From positions 23,374,001 to 23,438,000 of the forward strand of contig NC_088804.1 of assembly GCF_011386835.1 (NCBI RefSeq): a stretch of 64,000 nucleotides of DNA, written 5' to 3'. The stretch is from Chrysemys picta bellii. Its lineage: Eukaryota. The stretch's first letter is position 1. Every line of letters begins with the position of its first letter. Below, piece by piece: positions 1 to 9,992 of this stretch. Below the pieces are notes generated by a model. It did not search any database, had not been told where the DNA came from, and worked only from the letters and a program-made list of their open reading frames with translations. The translations under genes and the position numbers were made by a program.

Positions 1-2
1 AG

Positions 3-290
3 CAATGCCCCTCTGCCATGTACATTGGCCAAACCGGACGGTCTCTATGCAAAAGAATTAATGGACACAAATCTGACATCAGGAATCATAATACTCAAAA
101 ACCAGTGGGAGAACACTTTAACCTGTCTGGTCATTCAATGACAGACCTGCGGGTGGCTATTTCACAACAGAAAAACTTCAAAAACAGACTCCAATGAGAG
201 ACTGCTGAGCTGGAATTGCTATGCAAACTAGATACAATCAATTTAGGATTGAATAAGGACTGGGAATGGCTGAGCCATTACAAACATTGA
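3..290 (+). pseudogene. GIY-YIG endonuclease C-terminal fragment of Penelope ORF
   Basis: YIGQT motif; in-frame TGA at 195-197 (probable CGA>TGA CpG decay); natural stop TGA at 288-290. Confidence 0.85.
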
Positions 291-483
291 ATCTATCTCC
301 CCTTGTAAATATAATCACACTTCTTATCAAACTGTCTGTACTGGGCTATCTTGATTATCACTTCAAAAGTTTTTTTTCACTTACTTAATTGGCCTCTCAG
401 AGTTGGTAAGACAACTCCCACCTGTTCATGCTCTCTGTATGTGTGTGTATATATATCTCCTCAATATATGTTCCATTCTATAT

Positions 484-523
484 GCATCCGAAGAAGTGGG
501 CTGTAGCCCACGAAAGCTTATGC
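484..523 (+). ncRNA. Minimal type-I hammerhead ribozyme motif (Penelope pLTR)
   Basis: gcat-CCGAAGAA-gtgggc(tgta)gcccac-GAAA-gctta-tgc: stem I gcat/atgc, core C-C-G-A-N-G-A, 6-bp stem II, GAAA, palindromic AAGCTT stem III. Confidence 0.75.
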
Positions 524-609
524 TCCAATAAATTTGTTAGTCTCTAAGGTGCCACAAGTACTCCTGTTCTTTTTGCGGATACAGACTAACACGGCTGCTA
601 CTCTGAAAC

Positions 610-700
610 TTGTGTGACCTCGGGCAGTTATTTAACAATTCTTTTCTCTCATTATTTGTCTGTTCTATTTAGATTGTAACTCTTCTGCAGTGTATTTTGT
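610..700 (+). mobile_element. MIR/CORE-type SINE 3' fragment, abutting the Penelope end
   Basis: tgtgtgacctcgggcagttatttaac (CORE-like) followed by atttgtctgttctatttagattgtaactct tail. Confidence 0.55.
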
Positions 701-2599
701 GATTTAAAAAAATATTTTACTTTTTTCTTTATTCACCCCTCTCCATCTTCTTATGCTTGTAGGCTACTATTAAAGGTACATATATGCCCAAAGAAGCCAC
801 AGAATTATGCATGCAGTTTGAATGTGTGCATTTTAATTGGGTAGTAGCTATCTGTTTTGTATACATAGATATAAATTTTGCTACTTGCATATGAAAGTGA
901 TTGTGTGTGTAAAGCTACAAATATATGTAGGCAAGTTGAGACCACTTTGACAATTCACCCTTTCTCCTTGTCCCTTTGTGTTTTAATAGTCTGAATTATG
1001 AATTATTCTTTCATTTACAAAAAAAAATTGTGCTTAAATTTTCCTGTCTCCATGTTCAAAAGCTGTAAGACTGTACAAGCTAATATCATATGGGGACAGT
1101 GTGATCTTTAAAACTAATCCAGGTTGGAACTGATTTGAATTCTGGTTGCCACAAAATCCAGAAGAAACTGTATTGATATAACATCTCTATCCCATAGAAT
1201 TGCTCTGCACTCATTAAAAAACCTGTAGAAGGGTGGAACTTTGAATCTCCTAACTCCAAGTAGTTGGAAAGGTTCATTACCCCAGCCACATAGGAAGAAA
1301 GACAAGATGCTAGGGATGTGGTTTAATTAGGCTGCAATTAATTCCCTCCCTAATGTTAACCAAAAGTGCATCTGCTGCCAGGTCAGAGAGGTGTATACCA
1401 TCATCCCTGAATAACTCAGGTGTCCATTACTGTATTTTCTGATGAGTAATTACTGACACTCCTCATTCACATGCAGATTTAGCCACTTCTTGATTCATGC
1501 ACCTATGTGTTGTCAACCCACGGCAGCTTGGCAGCTCCCCACCATGCCCTCTTCTGAGTGAAAGGGGACTCTATACGGTGCAAACAGAATATAAATACCC
1601 TCCCTTCCTCAGGTGCCTATGGATTTATGGCCTAGCTGAGCCACTTCATGTCAACCCCTGGCTCAGGTGATGCTCCTGTCCCTCTCTTCTTAATCCAATT
1701 GGGCGAGGACCTTTAAAGGAGCCATGACCCCCTTTTGTTCCACTTGGCCAGACAAAGCCCCTCCTCACTCCTGCCCACATTCAAAGTTGTGGGGAGCACA
1801 TTTCCTTTTGCTCTTTGTACAATGGCAAGGACCACATGAGGTGCCATGTTGTTTGGCAGTAAGACATTTATCATCTGCTGAGACAGAAATCCTATCTGGT
1901 GTAATTACTGTATATTAAAATAGATGAAATTTTGATATGGAAGTATAGAATACTGTACATTGCATTAGTCAGAGAACAGGATATTCATCTTCAATTTGTA
2001 GACTTCATAACTTTGTTTGCATTCACTACAAGATAACTACTGTACATTCCTGAAAAATGACATCTTGTATGAAAAGACTAATGAAAGTCATAGTGCTCAT
2101 AATTTTCCTGTGGATCAGGAAGGACAGATTTTTGTGTGGTTATGACACGGACCAAACCTTGCCTTTATAATTTTCAACAAGATGTAAAAGTTTGAAAGCC
2201 ATACATTAAAGTAAGTTTCTGTTGATCAAATATTTTAGTTAGTTGAGTGAAATTTTGGTTTATTCTCCAAAAGGAAAAAAAATTATGGCAAATAGTCCAT
2301 TTAGGATATTTAATTGATAGGAAAAATGCAGTTCTAGTGAAACATTTTGGAAATCTGCTTCTCTGTGTGTCATTTATGAAGTATTAGTTTGTTAGCTGTT
2401 TGTTGTGCAGGATTGCAACCTAGGAATTGTATTGGATCCAGATACTACTGGCTGAGTGGGCAGGTAGGTTTTTTGAGTGCTTTTTATCGTATGTATTAGA
2501 CAAGAAGGTTGCAGCCATTTTTTTTGGATGGCGCTATCTCCATCTGAGATTTTAGAAGCTGTCTACACAGGATTACACTCTAAAATCTATAGGAAATTG

Positions 2600-3066
2600 A
2601 ACCTATTTTATATAATTTTTATGAGATTACAGGTTTGGTTGATAAAGATAATAGTATTGATGTAATATACTTCTGTAATACATTTGACTTGGTACTTTAT
2701 GACATTTGATTAAGAAACTAGAACAATACAAAATCAATACAGCACACATTAAATTGATAAAAAAATAGCTAACTGATAGGTCTGAAAATGTAATCATAAA
2801 TGGGTAATCACCATCAAGTGCGTGTATTTTTAGTGGGATCCAGCAGGGCTCCATTCTTGATTTTATGCTATTTAACATTTAATTCAATGATCTGGAAGGA
2901 AACATAAAATGATTAGTGATAAAGTTTGCAGATAACGTATATATTGGGGGAGTTGTAAACAGTAATAAATACAAGTCACTGATACAGAGCAATCTGGATC
3001 ACCTGGTACACGGCACAAAAAACGGTATGTGCCTTGATATGGCCAAATGTAAATTAATACATCTAA
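2600..3066 (+). mobile_element. CR1 LINE, RT region, segment 1 of 3
   Basis: Degenerate RT motifs: DVIY..AFDLV, gggatccagcagggctcc (GVPQGS), tttaacatt..atcaatgatctgg (FNIFINDL), aagtttgcagat (KFAD). Confidence 0.85.
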
Positions 3067-3452
3067 GGCCTGGTCTACACTATGACTTTAATTCGGATTT
3101 AGCAGCGTTAAATCGAATTAACCCTGCACCCGTCCACACAATGAAGCCATTTATTTCGAAATAAAGGTCTCTTTAAATTGATTTCTGTACTCCACCCCGA
3201 CAAGCGGAGTAGCACCAAAATCGATATTGTCATTTCGAATTAGGGTTAGCGTGGCCGCAATTCGATGATATTGGCCTCCTGGAGCTGTCCCACAGTGCAC
3301 CATTGTGACCGCTCTGGACAGCAATCTGAACTCGGATGCACTGGCCAGGTAGACAGGAAAAGCCCCGCGAACATTTGAATTTCATTTCCTGTTTGCCCAG
3401 CGTGGAGAGCACAGGTGACCACAGATAGCTGAGCTCATCAGCACAGGTAACC

Positions 3453-3990
3453 ATGCAGGCCGATAATCGAAAAAGAGCACCAGCATGGACCGTACGGGAG
3501 GTACTGGATCTGATCGCTATATGGGGAGAGGATTCAGTGCTAGCAGAACTTCGTTCGAAAAGACGAAATGCCAAAACTTTTGAAAAAATCTCCAAGGGCA
3601 TGATGGAGAGAGGCCATAATAGGGACTCAGATCAGGGCCGCGTGAAAGTCAAGGAGTTCAGACAAGCCTATCAAAAAACAAAGGAGGCAAATTCTCGCTC
3701 CGGGTCAGAGCCGCGGACATTCTGCTTCTACGCCGAGCTGCATGCAATTCTAGGGGGGGCCGCCACCACTACCCCACCTCTGACCGTGGATTCCGAGGTG
3801 GGGATAATCTCATCAGCTACACCTGAGGATTCTGCGGACGGGGAAGAGGAGGAGGAGGACGAGCTTGCGGAGAGCACCCAGCACTCCGTTCTCCCCAACA
3901 GCCAGGATCTTTTTCTCAGCCTGACTGAAGTACCCTCCCAACCCTCCCAAGCCAATATCCAAGACCATGACCCCATGGAAGGGACCTCAG
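3453..3990 (+). CDS. Harbinger Myb/SANT-like (trihelix-type) DNA-binding protein, exon 1 (copy 1)
   Basis: MQADNRKRAPAWTVREVLDLIAIWGE...FEKISKGM...YQKTKEAN...FYAELHAILG fits the Myb/SANT-like pattern of the NAIF1/MSANTD type; acidic tract follows; strong donor CAG|GTGAGT at 3990/3991, phase 1. Confidence 0.9.
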
Positions 3991-4090
3991 GTGAGTTTAC
4001 CTTTTAAAATATAAAACTTGCTTTTAAAACAAGCGTTTTTTAATGATTACTTTGCCCTGAGGACTTGGGATGCATTCACGGCCAGTACAG

Positions 4091-4952
4091 CTACTGGAAA
4101 AGTCTGTTAATGTGTCTGGGGATGGAGCGGAAATCCTCCAGGGACATCTCATGAAGCTCTCCTGGAGTACTCCAAAAGCCTTGCTTCAAGGTTTCTGGTC
4201 AGTGCAGCCTTATTCCGTCCTCCATGGTAGGACACTTGACCACGCCATGCTTGCAGCAAGTAATCTGGTATCATTGCATTACAAAGTCTGGCAGCGTATG
4301 GTCCCGGTGTTTGCTGGCATTCAAGCAACATTCGTTCTTTATCTCGCTGTGTAATCCTCAGGAAAGTGATATCGCTCATGGTAACCTGGTTGAAATACGG
4401 GAATTTAATTAAGGGGACAGAGGTGGCCATTCCTACTGGGCTGTTTGCCTGTGGCTGAAAAGAAATCCTTCCCTGCAGTTAGCCAAGCGCGGGGGGGGGG
4501 GGGGGGGCGGGGGGAATTGGCCCTGAGCTTTTCGCGTTTGGCTAGCAGAGATCTTCCCTGTTACCAGCCACGCGGTGGGGGGAGGGGTACAGCGATCATC
4601 CCAGATAATTCATGGCGGGAGGGGGTGGGGTGGGGGGGTTAGTTTGGTTTCTGCAGGGATCTTCCCTGATACCAGCCACGCGGTGGGGGGAGGGGTACAG
4701 CGATCATCCCAGATAATTCATGGCGGGAGGGGGCGGGGAGGGGGGGTTAGTTTGGTTTCTGCCGGGATCTTCCCTGATACCAGCCACGCGGTGGGGGGAG
4801 GGATAAAGCGATCATCCCAGAGAATTGGATGTGGGGGGGCGTTAGTTTGTTTTCTGCTGCTGAAGGTTAACAGGAAAACCGCAGCAGTCAACGGGCTTTG
4901 CTTGGTATGTAGGAAAGGAGGGCGCAGAAGCCGAAAGACAATGGCTTACCAT
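4091..4952 (-). pseudogene. Nested third Harbinger gene (BEN-domain-like), copy 1, frameshifted; join(4952-4950,4448-4091)
   Basis: Homologous to the intact ORF in copy 2; donor, branch point and acceptor conserved; exon 2 is 358 nt versus 360 nt because of two 1-nt deletions near 4150-4170. Confidence 0.7.
4550..4860. repeat. G-rich tandem repeat, about 3 x 108 bp, inside Harbinger copy 1
   Basis: gatcttccctg..taccagccacgcggtggggggagggg recurs at 4550, 4658 and 4766. Confidence 0.9.
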
Positions 4953-5176
4953 GGCCGCATGCAAGCTGAATTCTGTTGCCCGGACCTGCATCTGTGATCT
5001 CTAACACCAAAACCACAGGCACTCAATATTAAGATGGAAAATGCGACCTTGTACTGAAATCACATGTGCTATGTAATGTGAATAGTGTTGTTCACTATGA
5101 AAGAGTATAAGCATTGTTCTGTAAAATGTATCATTTAAAAAACTCCTCTCCTTTTTTTCAACCCTCCCTCCAGCAG

Positions 5177-5637
5177 CTGCAAATTTTTCAGGCCTCCCTC
5201 CTCCATCCCGAAGGCTATCTCAGATAAGGCGGCGGAGGAAGAGGACGCGAGATGAGATGTTCACGGAAATAATGGAATGCACCCGCAATGAAAGAGCTCA
5301 TTTGAATGAGTGGAAGGACACGGTATCTAAATTTAGGAAAGATGCCAGTGAACGTGAGGTCATGAGGGATGCTCAAGATGAGAGGTGGCAGGCTGCAATG
5401 CTGGGGCTGCTGCGTGAGCAAACAGACATGCTCCGGCATCTGGTGGAGCTTCAGGAACGGCAGCAGGATAACATACTGCCGCTGCAGCCGCTGTATAACC
5501 TCCCTCCCCCATCACCATGTTCCATATCCTCCTCACCCAGACGTGTAAGAACACCGGGGGGGGGGGGGGAGAGGCTCTGTGCATCCTCCCACTCCACCCC
5601 AGTGGACAGCCCAACCAAAAGGCTGTCATTATATTGA
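5177..5637 (+). CDS. Harbinger Myb/SANT protein, exon 2 (copy 1); join(3453-3990,5177-5637) = 332 aa
   Basis: Pyrimidine tract plus CAGCAG acceptor (5171-5176); phase matches exon 1; basic NLS-like RRRRKRTRD, coiled-coil-like segment, Pro-rich tail; no stops; AATAAA at 5731. Confidence 0.85.
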
Positions 5638-5730
5638 ATTTTTTCACTGGCCTTTTACTTCCCTCCTATCCTCCTCCCAAACCTCACCCAGATTACCTTG
5701 TCGGTTCTCTCCCTATGTTTATAATCAATT

Positions 5731-5770
5731 AATAAAGAATACATGATTTTTAAATGATAGTGACTTTATT
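5731..5770. terminator. Convergent polyadenylation signals (Myb gene +, transposase -), copy 1
   Basis: AATAAA at 5731-5736 (+) and TTTATT at 5765-5770 (AATAAA on -), between the two stop codons. Confidence 0.6.
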
Positions 5771-5871
5771 TCCTTTGAAAGCAAGCTGGGGGAAGGGGGA
5801 GGGTGGGTTCCTTACAGAGAATGAGTCAATAAAGGGGGCGGGTTTTCATGAAGGAAAAACAAACAGAAATT

Positions 5872-7161
5872 TCACACTGTAACCTGGCCAGTCATGAAAC
5901 TGGTTTTCAAAGCTTCTCTGATGCACGGAGCTTCCTGGTGTGCTCTTCTAATCGCCCTGGTGTCTGGCTGCGCGTAATCAGCAGCCAGGCGATTTGCCTC
6001 AGCCTCCCACCCCGCCATAAAGGTCTCCCCCTTACTTTCACAGAGATTGTGGAGCACACAGCAAGCAGAAATAACAATGGGGATATTGGTTTGGCTGAGG
6101 TCTGAGCGAGTCAATAACGATCACCAGCGACCTTTTAAACGGCCAAATGCACATTCTACCACCATTCTGCACTTGCTCAGCCTGTAGTTGAACATCTCTT
6201 GACTCCTGTCCAGGCTGCCTGTGTATGGCTTCATGAGCCATGACATTAAGGGGTAGGCTGGGTCCCCAAGAATAACTATTGGCATTTCAACATCCCCAAC
6301 GGTCATTTTCTGGTCCGGGAAGTAAGTCCCTTGCTGCAGCCGTTTAAACAGATTAGTGTTCCTGAAGACGCGAGCATCATGAACCCTTCCCGACCAGCCC
6401 ATGTTGATGTTGGTGAAACGTCCCTTGTGATCCACAAGTGCTTGCAGCACCATTGAAAAGTACCCCTTGCGGTTTATGTACTGGGTACCCTGGTGCTTCG
6501 GTGCCAAGATAGGGATATGGGTTCCATCTATCGCCCCACCACAGTTAGGGAATCCCATTGCAGCAAAGCCATCCACTATGACCTGCACGTTTCCCAGAGT
6601 CACTACCTTTCGTAGCAGCACCTCAGTGATTGCTTTGGCTACTTGCATCACAGCAGCCCCCACAGTAGATTTGCCCACTCCAAATTGATTCCCGACTGAC
6701 CGGTAGCTGTCGGGCGTTGCAAGCTTTCACAGGGCTATCGCCACTCGCTTCTCAACTGTGAGGGCTGCTCTCATCTTGGTATTCTGGCGCTTCAGGGCAG
6801 AGGAAAGCAAGTCACAAAGTTCCATGAAAGTGCCCTTATGCATGAGAAAGTTTTGCAGCCACTGGGAATCATCCCGCACCTGCAACACTATGTGGTCCCA
6901 CCAATCTGTGCTTGTTTCCCGGGCCCAGAATCGGCGTTCCACGGCTATAACCTGCCCCATTAACAGCATGATCTCCAAAGCACCGGGTCCCACGGTTTGA
7001 TAGAATTCCATGCCCATATCCTCATCAATCTCGCTGCCGTGCTGCTGTAGCCTACTCCTCGCAGCCTGGTTTTGCATGTTGTGGTTCAGCATAAACTGCA
7101 CAATAACGCGCGAGGTGTTTACAATGTTCATGACTGCTGTCTTGAGCTGAGCAGGCTCCAT
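5872..7161 (-). pseudogene. Harbinger DDE transposase (HARBI1-like), copy 1, two nonsense codons
   Basis: Three ORF pieces in one frame; TGA at 6729-6727 (TGG in copy 2) and 6123-6121 (Arg codon in copy 2); motifs GAIDGTHIPI, GDPAYPL and VVECAFGRLKGRW present. Confidence 0.95.
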
Positions 7162-7529
7162 GCTTGCCGTGGTATGGCATCTGCACTATTCACCCAGGAA
7201 AAAGGCGTGAAATGGTTGTCTGCCATTGCTTCCCTGGAGAGAGGGGAGGATATACCCAGAACCACCCGGGACAATGTTTTTGGCCCCATCAGGCATTGGG
7301 ATCTCAACCCAGAATTCCAATGGGTGGAGGAGACTGCGGGAACTATGGGATAGCTATGGGATAGCTCCCCACAGTGCAGTGCTCCAGAAATCGACGCTAG
7401 CCCCGGTACATGGACGCACACCACCAAATTAATGTGCTTTGTGTGGCCGCATACATTCGACTTTATACAATCTGTTTTCAAAATTCGAATAATATAAATT
7501 CGGATTAATCCCGTAGTGTGGACATACCC

Positions 7530-7589
7530 TTTGAATAAATAATGTAGGACATTTTTATAGATGGGGGAAATCTGTTCTGAGAAGCAGTG
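7530..7589 (+). mobile_element. CR1 LINE, segment 2 of 3
   Basis: gaataaataatgtagg...atggggga...gaagcagtg continues the RT sequence broken at 3066. Confidence 0.75.
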
Positions 7590-8279
7590 TGTAGCGGCGT
7601 GGACACCCGCTCCTGCCTGAAAGGACCTGAATCAGCCCTGGAAGAAGTCTGGGTCAGGGAAGGCTGAGCTGATTTGGGGGAAGTGGCTGCAGCTGGGGCC
7701 ACACCCCAAACAGACTCAGCTGGCCCTATAAAGGCAGGGAGCCAGGAGCTCAGACAGAGTCTCTCTCTGCCTTCAGAGAGAAAAGGGCCTGGCTGCAGGG
7801 AGCTAACATAGAGTACCTGGGTGGAGCAGGGCTGGGGAAAGGCTGAGGAGCTGGGGAGCTCCAGCCTGGAAAGCCCCAGGCTGCGGCCTAGGAGAAGGCC
7901 AAGGGGTACTGGGGGTTGCAGAGGGCAGCCCACGGCTAGACTGAGGTAGCAGGTCCAAACCCACCCTTGCCTGTGATGAGTGGCCTATACTGCAGTCTGC
8001 CCCAGGGAGTGGGGACTAATTGGTGACTGGCAGTGGCCTTATCCTGAGGTGGGGTTAGTGGGTGGAGGTTCCCCTGGGAGGGGAGAACCAGTGTGTGTGG
8101 GTACTGCCAGGGGGCAGCACCCAGAGCAAGGGGCACTGGGGTCCTGGGAGGGACATGGTGGGGCCAGAAGTAGGGACAAGGTGGATCACCGGCCTGCAGA
8201 GGGCGCACCAGGTGCTGGATGAGCTGATTCCCTGAAGCAACCAGTAGGGGCGGCGCAGAGGTGAGTCTGTACCCTTACA
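7590..8279 (+). mobile_element. Solo LTR (690 bp), family unresolved, Gypsy-like
   Basis: TGTAGCGG...CCCTTACA termini (TG..CA, short inverted ends); 5-bp TSD cagtg/caatg; TATAAA at 7727; removing it restores the CR1 sequence gaagcagtg-actctgaaaaag. Confidence 0.8.
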
Positions 8280-9003
8280 CAATGACTCTGAAAAAGATCT
8301 GGGGGTGGTCATGATAGATAATCATCTGAACATGAGTACCCATGTGCAAAATGCTGAGGCTAACAGGCCTGATGCTAGGCTTGGATGTCAAAAATAGTGT
8401 ACTATAGAGTAGAAGAAGGGAGTTTCTATTATGTCTGTATTTGGCACTGGTGCGACTGCTGCTGGAATACTATATCCGGTTTTGTTCACACTTGAAGAAA
8501 GATGTTGATCATTTGGAGAGGGTTTAGTGAAGACCCACAGGAATGATTAAAGGATTAGGAAGTCATGCCTTATAGTGAGAGACTCAAGGAGCTCTATCAA
8601 AGAGATGGTTTAGACTGTAGGTACTTACAGACTGGTCACAGTCTGTAAGTACCTACATGGGAAACAGAAATTTGCTAACAGATGATTCTTCAATCCATCA
8701 GAGAAAGGTATAACAAAATCCAGTGGCTGAAAGTTGAAGCTAGACAAATTCAGACTACAAATAAGGCATGAATTTATGATAATGAGTAATTAACCATTGG
8801 AATAACTTACCAATGGTGGTGATAGATTCTCTGTCGTTGACATTTTGAAATTAAGCCTGGATGTTTCTCTAAAAGATATGATGTAGTTCAACCACAGCTA
8901 CTGAACTTCAAACAGGATTAATCCTATGGCCTGTGTCTTACAGGAGGTCAGTCTAAATTATCACACTGGTCCTTTCTGGCCTTAAATTCCATGAATCTAT
9001 GAT
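8280..9003 (+). mobile_element. CR1 LINE, segment 3 of 3 (RT C-terminus and 3' UTR)
   Basis: actctgaaaaagatctgggg, ctggtgcgactgctgctggaatac, ttggagagggtt; ends with the CR1 tail ...tggtcctttctggccttaaattccatgaatctatga. Confidence 0.9.
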
Positions 9004-9399
9004 TGCTGGGTGTTCTAAGTGAAAGGTCCTGAAAAGTATTCCCCCTTTTTTCTGCCAAAGCCTTGGTGTTATGACCTTTCATGGCACGCTGCAAAGGTCA
9101 TCTGTTTTCCTGGGCTTTTAGTGGATGTGAGGAGGGTGTTGAGTAGGGGTGGGTGTTAGGTAAGGTTTGGCCTCACATCTGCCATGGTAGGTCCATTATA
9201 TTGTCTTTTTTTTTTTCCAGCTTTTGTACCTGCACTTTGACTTCTGATTAGAATATGAAAGCTTAATAAGTAGAAAGTAAATCAGATTTTTTTTTTAATT
9301 AAACATTCCCCAGCCCTTTTAGTTACCCAAAGGCTACAGCCTTGTGCCAGTGCATTCATTGTGGTCTAATAGGCAGAGCAGATGCCTGCAGATTAAGAG

Positions 9400-9512
9400 G
9401 CCTGACTTGCTGTGTGACATTGGGCAAGTCACTTAACATCTTTGTGTTTCACTTATTCTATCTACGGAAGGGTAATGATAATATTGCCATCTTTTGTAAT
9501 GTGCTTTGAGAT
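9400..9512 (+). mobile_element. MIR/CORE-type SINE fragment
   Basis: tgtgtgacattgggcaagtcacttaac CORE motif and gtgctttgagatcc tail. Confidence 0.65.
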
Positions 9513-9952
9513 CCCCAAAGGAAAGGCCTAATTCTGTGGGGCAATGAGCACTCTCAAATAACACTGACAAAGCTAAGAGACCAAATACCTGACCCAATGT
9601 TTCGGGGCATCATTTCAGAAAAAATCTGGAGGAGGCAAAGATGTCAGCATCATATCAGATAATATAATCGTAATATGTGATTATATTTATATCCTGCAAA
9701 ATCTGGGATTAAAATATGGAGTATACATGCCTATGAAAATGCTGGTGGGGGTTACCTTTCCCCATAGCAAATGATGCCCCTACCAAAGTTCATAGTGCTA
9801 ATAGCAGTGGTATGAACCAGAAAATAAAACTAACTATAAAAAGACCAACCTGTTTTCACTGTTGCAGCAGAGTGAATTTGAAAAATTAGTTCAGCTTTTA
9901 AAATTATTTCAGCTTTAATTATTAGGGGATTGTATGGATTTTATTTAATAAA

Positions 9953-9954
<2 letters not shown>

Positions 9955-9988
<34 letters not shown>
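9955..9988. repeat. (AT)n microsatellite
   Basis: About 17 AT units read directly. Confidence 0.95.

Positions 9989-9992
<4 letters not shown>

Larger units (their letters stand above)
1..609 (+). mobile_element. Penelope-like retroelement, 3' end (GIY-YIG C-terminus plus pseudo-LTR/3' UTR); runs off the left edge
   Basis: Frame 3 reads CPSAMYIGQTGRSLCKRINGHKSDIRN...PVGEHFN...ELELLCKLDT, a PLE GIY-YIG endonuclease pattern. It is followed by the tail ...gaaagcttatgctccaataaatttgttagtctctaaggtgccacaagtactcc...gactaacacggctgctactctgaaac that I recall from turtle Penelope copies. Confidence 0.9.
3067..7529 (-). mobile_element. PIF/Harbinger DNA transposon, copy 1, full length (4463 bp)
   Basis: Imperfect TIRs GGCCTGGTCTACACTA (3067) and GGGTATGTCCACACTA (reverse complement at 7529); DDE transposase on minus, Myb/SANT gene on plus; 3-nt flanks taa/ttt are consistent with a decayed TTA target duplication. 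Confidence 0.95.

Noticed and set aside
1439-1500. Second hammerhead (CTGATGAG at 1439)
   Set aside because: No stem II and no GAAA at a suitable distance.
4550-4860. CRISPR-like array
   Set aside because: Eukaryotic context; whole units repeat with no unique spacers.
3064-7532. Mismatched Harbinger TSD (taa versus ttt) as evidence of rearrangement
   Set aside because: The CR1 is collinear across the element; both triplets are one substitution from TTA.
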